Origin: a virus
Virus record (IMG/VR): IMGVR_UViG_3300025889_000083
Span: 32,001 to 96,000 of that record
Strand: one strand, 5' to 3'
Length of the DNA: 64,000 nt
This document shows, piece by piece, positions 29,401 to 38,981 of this stretch (within the stretch, counting starts at the first letter, position 1; the number at the start of each line of letters is the position of its first letter). The position numbers and the translations under genes are program-made. The notes below the pieces were generated by a model, which was given only the letters and a program-made list of their open reading frames with translations, did no database searches and was not told the origin of the DNA.

Positions 29401-30215
29401 ACAGGACGAGCTTTATTTAAAAGTTCATCAAATGCGATTCCAACTTTATTTATGGCATTACTGGTTGGATCCATAATTTCATTAATAGCTCCAAATTTTT
29501 CTTCTACCTGTCCTAAAACTTCTGTTGTTACTGCCTGTGACTTTTGGAAGATTGTTAATTGATTTTTATTTAGACCAAGAGCAGCGGCGTATTTTATAGA
29601 CGCTTCTTCGAGTCTTAACACAATACCCAGTTCATCCAAAAGTTCTGGTTCCGCTTTTGTCACACCACGAACTAATCTATTAAATGAATCTGTTACATCT
29701 CTACCAAGTGCGATTGAAACTGTTTTTGCGGCAGCACCTAATTCTCTTAATTGAGTGGGAGATAAACCTGCAGCTAATCCGATAGCTGCTGCTTGTGATG
29801 CCTCTTTAAAACTAATTTGAGCATCTGTTGCAATTTGTAAATCTTTTGCTAAAGATTTAATTGCCATGCCTGTTGTCGCGGCAAATGCAGCCTGTCCTTC
29901 TCCTAATACTCTGAAGTCAGCTGCATCTTTTAAAAAACGGAATAACGCATCAATTGCAAATAATTGAGCCGCTAAAGTAGCGTAAGCAGGTACAAGAACT
30001 CCTCCGATTCCTTGTGCCATTTTTGAAAAGTTTTTAGTTGCATTTGAAGATTGTTTTGAGACACCTTTCATTGCACGGTCAGCTGACTGTGCATTTAATC
30101 CAACTGTATTAAAAGCTGCGCCTGTTTTTTTGGCTTGTTGCTCTACAATCTTGTATGAGCCATCATCCGACATGCGGATGACAATGGTACCAGCTTCAAT
30201 TTTTTTCTTTGCCAT
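26478..30215 (-). CDS. Tape measure protein
   Basis: 1245 aa helical; AYATLAAQLFA, KAEPELLDELGI T5-like; C-terminal LHGTEAVVPLPNGRSIPV. Confidence 0.92.
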   Translation of the reverse strand: MAKKKIEAGTIVIRMSDDGSYKIVEQQAKKTGAAFNTVGLNAQSADRAMKGVSKQSSNATKNFSKMAQGIGGVLVPAYATLAAQLFAIDALFRFLKDAADFRVLGEGQAAFAATTGMAIKSLAKDLQIATDAQISFKEASQAAAIGLAAGLSPTQLRELGAAAKTVSIALGRDVTDSFNRLVRGVTKAEPELLDELGIVLRLEEASIKYAAALGLNKNQLTIFQKSQAVTTEVLGQVEEKFGAINEIMDPTSNAINKVGIAFDELLNKARPVIATISEFIAKGITESTEAATFAIVGFTASIVGSLLPAMQKADIGRITGGAQGKLFNVLETKPGSKAAQGRLARFQEGEYTQADLEQYRKALEAKKSSLLNHHNFVKGAEKKLLLDLKILQNQLVIDQSTGFKRIMLEWKSSLYQMQIEYGKFIGTIKALGTGLMTAITGLLRWLGYIGLAITAFTVLRDLVDKFNGKTINKFAEGISESTRSMDSLNQELDKMAQVRERGLLKGIDEQISQLGQAFQSADLVNRLQEYQVFANGSNLAPKEFEKFNNKLLEQLDTMSRLDPEMKVYADVLREGKQLTSEQIKEVSKLADKHITNMLAIKSYNQAQSALVKLTNSLIQALPKLKYQDITDQLKTQAQAMEQLAGEHRKYAAQLLLVRGELEYINALNKEAHLIAMAQLGVSLEVAENSFGTKRQREAKAYEKTMTAVLNLAKARNELEAATYELSKKQGDESAQLRVQQAKGNIEVLKQNYRIAKAQQSELFNFYTSMLDDITSKLGSSIGAALRGEANAFKNIGEELTKTLTDSVGKAISERMMEDLLGGTMFDPNKITKDIYVDEGGALQKGMQTASSKIEQAIKSGADYHKAAILIAFRLKTQGEIAATELKKSGIKGDINELTTARSAYNNAKAAEAANNRRLLFLEDGLDQISEVIAKSGGYESIGADFSKVTGNVLTDGPYGPYTQPMTLQAIKDEIAKLESANENYRKTQEKNIGLATGANEKIEALNLEYDQLELNIQSLNTALQSLPGVSTGSGTTTGTTTGNGIKRIDPNSVTLAGTQTTADKFKEGVDTFTGVSTKFLGGASMLLGAAGKSEEAAKLMEIAAKIQMAAMIYQSANSFFGGMANGGGLMGGLKALFGVRQGGIANAPGYRSYSDGAVSTGPSSGYLAELHGTEAVVPLPNGRSIPVEMQGKSGGTNNISVNVNMANGETTMTSDRGGEMGLIIAAAVKEVIADEQRAGGLLSGT

Positions 30216-30632
30216 TTACTTTTTTCTTACACTACTTTGTGCCTTGGCTTTTCGACTCTCAGCGTCTTGCCTTTCTTTCACTTTTCTATTAATTGCTTCT
30301 GAACTATAGTGTTCCACCCATTTTAAAAAGAACCAGACTGTCTTTCTATCCTCTACATTATATACATTAAATAGAGTTTCTATGGGAGTATAATCTTTAC
30401 CCATGTAGTATCCAGACATTCCATCCCAATTATCGTTTAAATTGCTATGCAATAAAAAAGCCACCTGAACTTCGTAAGGTAATACACTTACATCAGGCGG
30501 CATTCTATCGGGATCAGGTTCTTGACCTAATTGTTCGCATATAGCTAAATACTTATCTAGGTCAATGGCTGTATCTTGGTATTTTCGTTTTATTAACGCA
30601 AGTATATCTTCTACTTGCGCTGAGTAAAATTT
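30216..30632 (-). CDS. Tail assembly chaperone C-terminal (-1 frame) segment
   Basis: -1 frame is open from slippery site through ICEQLGQEPDPDRMPP to stop at 30216. Confidence 0.75.
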   Translation of the reverse strand, partial: KFYSAQVEDILALIKRKYQDTAIDLDKYLAICEQLGQEPDPDRMPPDVSVLPYEVQVAFLLHSNLNDNWDGMSGYYMGKDYTPIETLFNVYNVEDRKTVWFFLKWVEHYSSEAINRKVKERQDAESRKAKAQSSVRKK

Positions 30633-31042
30633 TCCAGATCACTGGTTGTTTCACTCACCCATGTATCAAAATCTGATGAATTTTTCATTAATAACTCTGC
30701 GTTATCATGATCGAACTCAAGACAATCATCTGGGTTTAAACTACTAACATCAACCAATAGAAGCTCTTCTAAGTATTTGAATTTTAAGCCGCTCCACCCC
30801 TGAATTATTGCTTTTACGTATTCTTTTAAAAATTTATCATTATCAAGAGTTTCTTCAAACTGTCTAGTCTTTTTATTAAAAGTCTGTTTTACACTTTTGT
30901 TGCGTAATTTTAACAGCTCTTCTCTTGCTAAATAAGTCAATTTGACTTTAAATCCATCAAAACCTGGAAAGTCAATTTCAACTGTTTTGCTTGGAGTTAA
31001 TAAACTCTTTAATGATACTGGTTTTTTATTTTCTTCTGTCAT
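30611..31042 (-). CDS. Tail assembly chaperone
   Basis: Between tail tube and TMP; FPGFDGFKV...AIIQGWSGLK...LMKNSSDFD. Confidence 0.85.
   Translation of the reverse strand: MTEENKKPVSLKSLLTPSKTVEIDFPGFDGFKVKLTYLAREELLKLRNKSVKQTFNKKTRQFEETLDNDKFLKEYVKAIIQGWSGLKFKYLEELLLVDVSSLNPDDCLEFDHDNAELLMKNSSDFDTWVSETTSDLENFTQRK
30626..30632 (-). other. -1 programmed frameshift heptamer A AAT TTT
   Basis: X XXY YYZ pattern in frame, 4 codons before chaperone stop. Confidence 0.75.
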
Positions 31043-31059
31043 TCTCTTTCCTGTAAGGA

Positions 31060-31086
31060 TATGCGGGACCGAAGTCCCGCATAATT
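31060..31086 (-). terminator. Hairpin after major tail gene
   Basis: ATGCGGGAC-TTCG-GTCCCGCAT on minus strand; weak U tract. Confidence 0.55.
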
Positions 31087-31093
31087 GTTAAAA

Positions 31094-32314
31094 TTAGCTA
31101 GCAACGTAAGTAAGTTTGACTTCGTTAGTAGCGTTTGCTGCTGTTCCTGATGATAAGTCGCTGGGTAAACCGTGGAAGTTTACATCAACGCTTATGACGT
31201 CATCAAGAGAGTGAGATGGTAATTCTAAGTGTGCTTTTGCAACTTGTACATTACACCTTGGAGTATTACCAGATCCACCGATTCCGAAAGTTAAATCAAA
31301 TGCGTTAGTAATAACACCTCTTGATTCTTGTAATCTTTCGAATAGATCAAGTGAGCCATTTGCAGTATCATTTAAGTAACATGTGAAGTTACCTGATACT
31401 GATCTTGTTCCCATAACATGACCAAGTGGTAGATTAACTTGTCCTAATGTCTCAGGAGTTAGGTAAGTAAGATTATTTTCGATTGTAATATTACCACCAG
31501 TTAGTGTAATGTTATAAGAAACATCACTTCCGTCAACATTTAAAGCTCCTAATGTACCTGTTGATTCTGATACATCAAAGCTAATAGTTAAATCTGTTAG
31601 TTTTTGTCTTATGAAGTTAGATGTGGTATCTATACCTTCTCTGATTAAACCTTTTGCTGTTAAACCTGAAGCTGCTGTGTTAATAGAAGCTACTTCTTCA
31701 ACTGTTTGACCGTTTCCAGCCCAAGCAATCTGTGCAATTCCTTCAATATCAAAATCAACTGAAGCAGAACCGACTGAACAGTTTGCAAGTTTGTAAACTG
31801 TTACACCTTCTGTACCTGTAGCATAAACTTCTGTATCAGTGTCTTTTGCAGCACCGAGTACGAAGTATAGATCAAATACACCGAGAGTAACTTGGTTTGA
31901 GTTTGCGAAATCAAAGACAGATGCATTAGCTTGGAAGTCTCCACCATTTACAGCTCTGTCATAAGTGTTGGCACTCATAGCAGCCCAAAGTGGTCCTTCT
32001 ACGGCAAATGTTACGGCATTACCTGTGTGGTCGCCGTTTGTCCATGCATTGTTCGCTCCTGAAACTGTTGGTCTCATATAAGTACTGAAACTCCACTCTG
32101 CTGGTGCAAAAGAGTCAGTAAACATAGCTCTACCTCTTTTACTATAGCCTGTGGAATTTGCTGCCTCACTCAAAGTTACTTCTGAGGTATTGGTAGCCTG
32201 ACTAAATGAGAAACCGTCTAGTACAGGTATTTCATATAAAGCGGTGTTTGCGGTTGTGCCATCTTCTGACCAAGTCATAAACACCTTGGTATCTCTACTA
32301 AAGAAAAATGCCAT
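31094..32314 (-). CDS. Major tail tube protein (T5 pb6-like)
   Basis: RDTKVF, EIPVLDGFSFSQ, PAEWSFSTY, ITIENNLTYLTP, GTRSVSG. Confidence 0.9.
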   Translation of the reverse strand: MAFFFSRDTKVFMTWSEDGTTANTALYEIPVLDGFSFSQATNTSEVTLSEAANSTGYSKRGRAMFTDSFAPAEWSFSTYMRPTVSGANNAWTNGDHTGNAVTFAVEGPLWAAMSANTYDRAVNGGDFQANASVFDFANSNQVTLGVFDLYFVLGAAKDTDTEVYATGTEGVTVYKLANCSVGSASVDFDIEGIAQIAWAGNGQTVEEVASINTAASGLTAKGLIREGIDTTSNFIRQKLTDLTISFDVSESTGTLGALNVDGSDVSYNITLTGGNITIENNLTYLTPETLGQVNLPLGHVMGTRSVSGNFTCYLNDTANGSLDLFERLQESRGVITNAFDLTFGIGGSGNTPRCNVQVAKAHLELPSHSLDDVISVDVNFHGLPSDLSSGTAANATNEVKLTYVAS

Positions 32315-32378
32315 TTTTAGTTTCTCCTAATTTCTCTGAAAAGAGCCTTGCCAAATATTTATTTAGCGTAGCTGATTT

Positions 32379-32843
32379 CTAATATCGGATCTCTACGACG
32401 ACTTCACCGACGCCGAGAGGTTCCAAAACTCCTTCATCTGTATCAACTGTCAAAACTGTTGTTTGAGCAGTTGTTTGAGATGCTCCTGTTGAATCGTAGT
32501 AAGTTAGAGGATCTTCATTCTCTAAAACTGTCTCTACATCTTCTAACATTTCTTCTAGTGCTAGTATCACGTCTGTATCATCTGATACAAAGCACCTAAT
32601 TGTAATTTGTAGTAGCCTAAATCTGAAACCTGCTGTTTCATATTCTCGTACCTCACTTCCTGCTCCGATATGGATAGTAGGAAACTCTTGTACTTCGTCC
32701 CAGAACTTAAGTCTTTCTTCGACTTGTGCTACTGATGTTCTGTATGGGGCTTGTCCGTTTAAATTAAATCTTAGTTTTTCGGCTATGGCTTTAACAATGG
32801 CTCGCCTACGAGTACTGTATCTTCTTGCTTGTGCATTTGCCAT
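32379..32843 (-). CDS. Tail terminator (T5-like)
   Basis: KFWDEVQEFP, TDEGVLEPLGVGEV. Confidence 0.85.
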   Translation of the reverse strand: MANAQARRYSTRRRAIVKAIAEKLRFNLNGQAPYRTSVAQVEERLKFWDEVQEFPTIHIGAGSEVREYETAGFRFRLLQITIRCFVSDDTDVILALEEMLEDVETVLENEDPLTYYDSTGASQTTAQTTVLTVDTDEGVLEPLGVGEVVVEIRY

Positions 32844-34330
32844 TATGTTCTCCTAACTTGCCCGAATTTAATCCCCATTTGTTCTAGTGCTATATTTCTA
32901 ATAGCAGTACTAATTATGCTTCGTGGGTCTCTAAAAGTACTTCCCATATTGAAGCCTGGTTCAAAGGTTTGATATGGATTCTTCATATAGGTATAGTCTG
33001 CACTATAACCACCTCTTGAACCTTGATAAATATTTTCAACTCTTGCTGAATTTGCGAATCTTCCTGTTCTATACACCAATCTTGGTGATACCATCATTGA
33101 CTTGAGAGTCTGTGGTAAAAATTTATTTATAATGTTTTTTAAAGCTATAGGACTATTTCGTGTTGATTGTTTTGTACCTTTATTAATTCTTCTATTTTTT
33201 AGTCCAGTTGCCTTTCTTTCATTTGTAGCAGGATTTTTTCCTCTAACTTTTGATTTTCCTTTACTGTTTTTCTTACTCTGTGAAGATTTTTTAATTTTTG
33301 TATTAAAATACTTTTTACCTTTTAATTCTTTTATTATCTGATCTGCCGCTAATCCTAAGTAAGCATCTTCTAATTTTGGAGAAGCTGCAAAAAATCCTGC
33401 GGCATCAGTTACACTATTTTGTTTGATATAATTTAATACATCTTTTATAAACTGATTAGAAGCTAAATACTCTGCATATTGCTTTGCTAACGCAGTATCT
33501 AATAGATTAGTATTTTGAGCTGTCATCCATGGGCGAGTACGTCCATCATCCCATGTAAAGTTTGCATATAGTGTATAAGTATCTGCAATTTCTTTTACAG
33601 TTCTATACTGTCTTACTTCATCTGAAAAGTCCATATTTGCTTTCCAGATGTTTGCAAAAAAGTTAGAAACTGAATCCATAAGAGTGCTATTATTTGCTTT
33701 CAGCACATCATCAATTGCTTTTTCTAATTCTAACAAAGTCTTTGCTTGTCGAGCTGTACCTGTTAATCTTTGATCAACTTTTGCTAGATCAGTGTTTCTA
33801 AAATTTTGATCAAGTATAGTACCATGTCTTTCTTTAGAATGTTCAAAGGTTGATCTACCTCCAGCCATTTGATTCAGTTGTTGTTCTCCAAATGACCTTT
33901 TAACTGCTTTCCAAAAACCTTGAATATGTCGTCTTACTCTATTTTGAACTGTTTGTTCTAAATTAGCAGTATTACTAATTCTTCCGCTTTGATTTTTAGT
34001 AACCCAGTTTATAACTAAAAGAGTTTCACTACCATTACTTGCTATCTCATTTTGTACTATATCGTATCTTTGAACAGGCTGTCTCATTTTAGATTGGACA
34101 TATTCTGCCATATCTCTAAAAGTTGGAGCTCCGTTAGTCGGTCCTTGACTAAACAAATCTCTTGCAGTAGGTAATTGCTGCATAGTAAGAATTAAGTTTT
34201 GGAATAAGTTTCCAAAATTTTTCTCATTTAAAACAATAAACCCATATCCTATGCCTGGGGCACCAGTTCTGTTACCTCTCTCATAGTTTGCCAAATCTGA
34301 TATACTTCTATATCTAATTTGTTGAGCCAT
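32843..34330 (-). CDS. Putative tail completion/neck protein
   Basis: C-terminal LVYRTGRFANS...YTYMKNPY..FE...RDPR; position. Confidence 0.7.
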   Translation of the reverse strand: MAQQIRYRSISDLANYERGNRTGAPGIGYGFIVLNEKNFGNLFQNLILTMQQLPTARDLFSQGPTNGAPTFRDMAEYVQSKMRQPVQRYDIVQNEIASNGSETLLVINWVTKNQSGRISNTANLEQTVQNRVRRHIQGFWKAVKRSFGEQQLNQMAGGRSTFEHSKERHGTILDQNFRNTDLAKVDQRLTGTARQAKTLLELEKAIDDVLKANNSTLMDSVSNFFANIWKANMDFSDEVRQYRTVKEIADTYTLYANFTWDDGRTRPWMTAQNTNLLDTALAKQYAEYLASNQFIKDVLNYIKQNSVTDAAGFFAASPKLEDAYLGLAADQIIKELKGKKYFNTKIKKSSQSKKNSKGKSKVRGKNPATNERKATGLKNRRINKGTKQSTRNSPIALKNIINKFLPQTLKSMMVSPRLVYRTGRFANSARVENIYQGSRGGYSADYTYMKNPYQTFEPGFNMGSTFRDPRSIISTAIRNIALEQMGIKFGQVRRT

Positions 34331-34926
34331 TAAATAATAACTCTATATAAGTCCAATACTCTCTTGATATGATCTGGAAAGTCAGTACTTAATCTTAGAG
34401 AGGAAGTTCCATCCTGTCTTATTTGAGCTCCGCCCAATGTTCTGTTCTCTTTATGCTCATCTTTCATATAGTAATTTACTAAGTCATAACAAGCAAGTAG
34501 TAAATCATCTGGTGTAGATGCATATCCTGCGGTATATGTTACTTGAACTGCTCCAACACCTTTTGCCCAGTAAGCAAGTTCTCCATTTTTTGTTGTTCTC
34601 ATAACGGAGTCTGAATCTGTATCTACAAAATACTCATAGTTACCTGTAGTTAAAGTTTGATAACTTTCTGAGTAAGCTGTTCTTTCTCTTACGCTGGAAA
34701 CTGCTATTACAGGAGTTTCACTCAGAATTATTGTACTGGTAAAATTATCGTAAATTGTAATGGTTTCTGTTTTTGCACTACTATAATAGTCAATAAAACT
34801 AGTTCCGCAATACGTCTTTACAAGTTTTGATACCTGTGGTACGATTACAGCTAAACGATCGTCGTCCTTCTCACCTCGAAGACCTTCCGCATCCTTGTAT
34901 TCGTTAACTGTAAATAAATCTGCCAT
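34330..34926 (-). CDS. Head-tail connector/head completion protein
   Basis: VTYTAGY...PDDL; FPDHIKRVLDLYR. Confidence 0.85.
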   Translation of the reverse strand: MADLFTVNEYKDAEGLRGEKDDDRLAVIVPQVSKLVKTYCGTSFIDYYSSAKTETITIYDNFTSTIILSETPVIAVSSVRERTAYSESYQTLTTGNYEYFVDTDSDSVMRTTKNGELAYWAKGVGAVQVTYTAGYASTPDDLLLACYDLVNYYMKDEHKENRTLGGAQIRQDGTSSLRLSTDFPDHIKRVLDLYRVII

Positions 34927-34930
34927 AATT

Positions 34931-34959
34931 AAAAGTGTGGGGCATTAAGGTCGCCCCAC
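34931..34959 (-). terminator. Rho-independent terminator after capsid gene
   Basis: GTGGGGC...GCCCCAC then ACTTTT. Confidence 0.65.
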
Positions 34960-34977
34960 GAAACCTGTGTGCTTATA

Positions 34978-37035
34978 TTAAGCAGAAGCTTTGTACATTT
35001 GTGCCCACTTTGAAGTAGCTCCATCGATAAGATCGAGGAATCCAATTCTTTGTGAAGCGACAAGCACTCTTCTTTGGTTAGCAACTTCGTAGTCAGACTC
35101 GATGGTTACACCTCTAAGTCTTGGAACTACATAGTTTCTTGGGTAAACAGCAATTGCGTTAAATTTAGCAGCTGCTTTAGTAGCGAACTCGTCACAGAGT
35201 AATACTCTTGATCCGAAGACCTGTCCGATTTCACCAGATAGCTTAGTAGCCATGTCGCCAACTAGGTTAGCATCTTGGAACTCAGCATCTTCTAGAAGGT
35301 TGTAGTACACGTCTTGTGAAACGATGTATACGACTTCTGATGGGTTAACACCATATTTACCCATGTTCTTTCTTAGAGCAAGAAGGTCAGCTGCAGTTAC
35401 AACGTCAGAAGCTGCGAAAGTTCCTGATGGTTGTGTGTAGTCTGAATCATTTCTTGCTAAGTGACATAGACCTTCGAAAGAAGCACCGCCAGTTCCGAAA
35501 GCACCGTCAGCGTCGTCACCGACGAGGATTGCGTTCTCGATTGCTCTAGCATGTGATCTAACCATAGACTCTCTAATTAAAGGAAGAATTGGTAGAATTG
35601 CATCTTCTTCAGTCTCGTTACCTAAGTATGATTGTGAAATAAGTTTTTTGGTTGAAAGAGTTCTTTCAGTTAAATCAACACCACCGTAAGCGGATCCATA
35701 TGTATCACCTCTTTGTGCCAAGTTACCATGTGGTGAAGAACCACTAGCAGTTTGGTTAGATGTGAACTCAGCGTATCCTGAATCTGGTAATATTGGGATA
35801 ATCATATTAGCAGAAGTCATTGGGATTTCTCTAAATAGAGGAGCCAAGACTAGCTCATTTTGAATATCTCTTTCAATGTTGGTTGAAACAACTTGCTCGA
35901 AGTCAGCTGAAGATACACCCACACCTGAATGTGCGTTTACTTTCTGCATAACGTCTTTAGCATATTTGTTTTCCCAACCTTTTCCAGTAGCTAGACCAGC
36001 GAATTTAGCATCGATGATATCTTTCTCAAATGCTTTTTTCCAATCGCCTTCTCCTTTTCTGTCTGAGAAAATTCTTTTAGACTCACGAATATTCATGATT
36101 TCTTCAGATTTTTCAGCAAGTTGTTTTTCAAGAGACTTAACGACTTGCTCTAAATTAGAGTAGTCTGATTTAACTCTTTTCTCAACATCTTGCATTAACT
36201 TCTCAGCACCTGAGAGTCCAGCTTGGACTATAGTTTTTTGCTCTTCCTGCTTTGCTTCCTGAGCAGCCTTTTCAGTAGCTTCAACTTCAGCTTGTTTTGC
36301 AACAGCTTCACTTTCAGCTTGCTTTTCAGCTGCTTTCTGTTCGGCTTGTTTCATAGCAATTTTAGCAGCAGTTTCTTCTGCTACTTGTTTTGCAAATGAA
36401 GCTAAGTCGAACTCTGGAGCTACAGGAGTTTTATTTTCTTCTGACATTTTCGTCTCCATTTTTTTGGCTTTCGCCTTACTTGGCTGCTCAACTTTAACAG
36501 CGTCTGCTGGTCCAGAAGAGTTAGCCTTAATAAACTCGGATTTAAACTTGTTATATTCATCCATACTATCAAATGATTTTGCGATGGAGAATGTAGCGCC
36601 TTGGTTGCAAGGAACCGAAACAACGCTCACTTCAAAAAGTTCTGCATCCTTGATTCTATATCCGTCGGTTTCAGTCATATAATCTGCGTCCTTGACTCTG
36701 AAGCCGACAGAAAATGCTCCAAGGACACCGTCTTTAATTAAATCTTTAATGTGACCAGATGCTTTTGAAATTCTTGCAGATAGTTCTAGACCATCTTTAT
36801 TAACTTCTACACCTGTTGCTCTACCAATAGGTTGGTTATAATCATGGTTAAAAAGAATAACTGGATTATTTTTAAAATTATCTAATCCACCTTTTGTCCA
36901 TGCTTCTGCTTCAATAATATCACCAGCTCTATCGAGACCGTTGGTACTAGCTGATCCTTTAATATCTAGTCCACCGTCATCAGTTTCACCAAGTGATTTA
37001 AATGAACTTGTCCAATGAAAAATTTTATTTGACAT
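34978..37035 (-). CDS. Prohead protease - scaffold - HK97 major capsid protein fusion
   Basis: ILFNHD, AFSVGF, LFEVSVVSVPCNQ protease; coiled coil; T5-like capsid; internal GGAG+ATG at 36447. Confidence 0.92.
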   Translation of the reverse strand: MSNKIFHWTSSFKSLGETDDGGLDIKGSASTNGLDRAGDIIEAEAWTKGGLDNFKNNPVILFNHDYNQPIGRATGVEVNKDGLELSARISKASGHIKDLIKDGVLGAFSVGFRVKDADYMTETDGYRIKDAELFEVSVVSVPCNQGATFSIAKSFDSMDEYNKFKSEFIKANSSGPADAVKVEQPSKAKAKKMETKMSEENKTPVAPEFDLASFAKQVAEETAAKIAMKQAEQKAAEKQAESEAVAKQAEVEATEKAAQEAKQEEQKTIVQAGLSGAEKLMQDVEKRVKSDYSNLEQVVKSLEKQLAEKSEEIMNIRESKRIFSDRKGEGDWKKAFEKDIIDAKFAGLATGKGWENKYAKDVMQKVNAHSGVGVSSADFEQVVSTNIERDIQNELVLAPLFREIPMTSANMIIPILPDSGYAEFTSNQTASGSSPHGNLAQRGDTYGSAYGGVDLTERTLSTKKLISQSYLGNETEEDAILPILPLIRESMVRSHARAIENAILVGDDADGAFGTGGASFEGLCHLARNDSDYTQPSGTFAASDVVTAADLLALRKNMGKYGVNPSEVVYIVSQDVYYNLLEDAEFQDANLVGDMATKLSGEIGQVFGSRVLLCDEFATKAAAKFNAIAVYPRNYVVPRLRGVTIESDYEVANQRRVLVASQRIGFLDLIDGATSKWAQMYKASA

Positions 37036-37324
37036 CTTTCTTCTCCGCTTTTGCTTTAGGTGCAGCTTTAGGTGCAGCTTTAGGAGCTTCTACCTTTACT
37101 TCAACTTTAGGAGCAACAACTGGAGTGTTTAGTGCTTCAAAATCTATTGGATATCTTTTCATAACAGTAGACAATACTCTTGACCAAGAACCAAAAGCTC
37201 TACGAGCCATATAGTCTTTGACAGGAACATCGTTTCCGCATGCTTTGTATTCGGCTAAATCCAAAAGTTTTTTATGTTTTACGAAAAACTCTGAAAGTGC
37301 CTTTGCCATCATATCTTTTGTCAT
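37025..37324 (-). CDS. Hypothetical protein with AAPK repeats
   Basis: FGSW motif, Lys/Ala tail; between portal and capsid. Confidence 0.7.
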   Translation of the reverse strand: MTKDMMAKALSEFFVKHKKLLDLAEYKACGNDVPVKDYMARRAFGSWSRVLSTVMKRYPIDFEALNTPVVAPKVEVKVEAPKAAPKAAPKAKAEKKDVK

Positions 37325-37326
37325 AT

Positions 37327-38550
37327 TTAGTTTCCTTCACTGGGAGGAGTCTCTTCTGGTCGTCCTCCGATTGCTGGGTTTGATGCTGATCCTGCAATGT
37401 TCGCAGGAACTCTTGGTGTATCAAATCCGTCGATCTTCTCAAGCTGCATAGCCTCCCGTGCTTCATTCGGTGTCATAATCCCATTGTTAACAAGAGTTGC
37501 ATAGTATGCTGCCTCGTCTCGAAGTTCGGGCTGTAAGGCAGGAATACCTGCTACGTTTTCCTCTAACTTGAAACCGAAGAATCTCTCGAAAGCACACTGC
37601 ATTTTATTAATAATCGGCAGTATGGTTTCTAAGTAATAAAGTCGATGATTAGGTCGAATATTAGCGTTGTTTCCGCCATCTAACAAAATGGGTGGGATAC
37701 CCATAGCTTCTAGAATTATTTTCTCATTAATCTTAATAGCTTCCTGAAAATCTAGTTCTTTGAAACTTACGTTTGTTAAGTTCTCGACTTCTAAACCACC
37801 ATCCAAAAAGAGTGGTCGTCTACCGCCAGACTGTGGATTGTATCGTGCAACCCATGCCTGTAACATTCTTTCTTTAATTTTCTCAGAAAGAGTGTTCGGA
37901 GATTTAAGTACCAACCCTGGTACTGCTCCATTCTTAAAGAAGTTATCTTGGAATCTTCTCATAGAAGAAAGTAACTGCATAGTTCTATATGCAGGCTTTA
38001 ATCTAGGGACTCCTCTATAAATGGAGTTAAAACTGTTTTCTTTTATGTGAATAATTTCATTTGGAGAATAATCTATGCTATGATCATATGTGTATTTTTC
38101 TACATATGTCTTATCGTCAGTATAGATTGTAACATTCTCTGCTGGAAGATGATAAAGGTGGGCACCATCAAAATAAATAAAAATATTACCATCAATCAAA
38201 AGATCAATAATAAGATTTCGTTTAAACGCAGATACATCTTGAAAAGGATTTGGTTCTCTATTTAAAAGCAAATCAACTTTTGATCTACGAATATTTTTGA
38301 TAATGTTATTGGTACCAACTAATTGCTCACCAACCTTAAAAGGTATTTCCGAAACATCATCCACTATCATGTTGACTGCTCGGTTTACTACCTCTAACTG
38401 TTCGTAAGCATTTCGGTAATTTGTTACGTTTTCACGTGAATCTAGTGTAAGTCCTTCTTCAGAAGAAATTACATATTGGCTGGGATTCAACTTCTCATAT
38501 TCGGAGTTGAAGTCCTTTCTACTGCCTGTTAAAAAATCATACCATGCCAT
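37327..38550 (-). CDS. Portal protein (HK97/T5-like)
   Basis: LLNREPNPFQ, NFFKNGAVPG, GIMTPNEAR. Confidence 0.95.
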   Translation of the reverse strand: MAWYDFLTGSRKDFNSEYEKLNPSQYVISSEEGLTLDSRENVTNYRNAYEQLEVVNRAVNMIVDDVSEIPFKVGEQLVGTNNIIKNIRRSKVDLLLNREPNPFQDVSAFKRNLIIDLLIDGNIFIYFDGAHLYHLPAENVTIYTDDKTYVEKYTYDHSIDYSPNEIIHIKENSFNSIYRGVPRLKPAYRTMQLLSSMRRFQDNFFKNGAVPGLVLKSPNTLSEKIKERMLQAWVARYNPQSGGRRPLFLDGGLEVENLTNVSFKELDFQEAIKINEKIILEAMGIPPILLDGGNNANIRPNHRLYYLETILPIINKMQCAFERFFGFKLEENVAGIPALQPELRDEAAYYATLVNNGIMTPNEAREAMQLEKIDGFDTPRVPANIAGSASNPAIGGRPEETPPSEGN

Positions 38551-38908
38551 ACTTACGTCTCTGTATCTCCACCCAATTTTGTTGCTTTTCTGCTGTTACT
38601 AGCTTTGGGCGTTTTCCATAAATACTATGCAACTTTAAATGGTGCATGTGACAGAGCGTAACAGCGTGCTCATAAACTTGTTCGTAATTCTCTTTTATGA
38701 ATTGTTCTCGTAGAGCTAGTATGTCCTTCTCTGAGTTAATGATGACTTGCTTTTCTTTCAACCACCATTCAAGTAACTCAGTCAATCCGTAAAAGTGATG
38801 GAAGTCCAGTTCTTCTGTGACTCCACAAATGTAGCATTCCGTCGCTTTCTTATACTGCGACTTTGCTTTATCTCGGACATACTTTACTAAATCTCTTCTT
38901 AATGTCAT
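38537..38908 (-). CDS. HNH (nicking) endonuclease, T5-like
   Basis: KYVRDKAKSQY, CYICG...DFHH, VTLCHMHH.KLHSIYG; start after own promoter. Confidence 0.85.
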   Translation of the reverse strand: MTLRRDLVKYVRDKAKSQYKKATECYICGVTEELDFHHFYGLTELLEWWLKEKQVIINSEKDILALREQFIKENYEQVYEHAVTLCHMHHLKLHSIYGKRPKLVTAEKQQNWVEIQRRKYGMV

Positions 38909-38929
38909 AAACTTACTTCTATACAATAG

Positions 38930-38958
38930 ATTATATATTAAAATCGGTTGAAAGTCAA
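38930..38958 (-). promoter_or_regulatory. Sigma70-type late promoter
   Basis: TTGACT-N17-TATAAT. Confidence 0.8.
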
Positions 38959-38981
38959 GAACTATTTTTTGGAGGTGTAAA

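Noticed and set aside
38537-38908. Mobile homing endonuclease
   Set aside because: Position between portal and terL and its motifs match the T5 packaging-associated nicking enzyme
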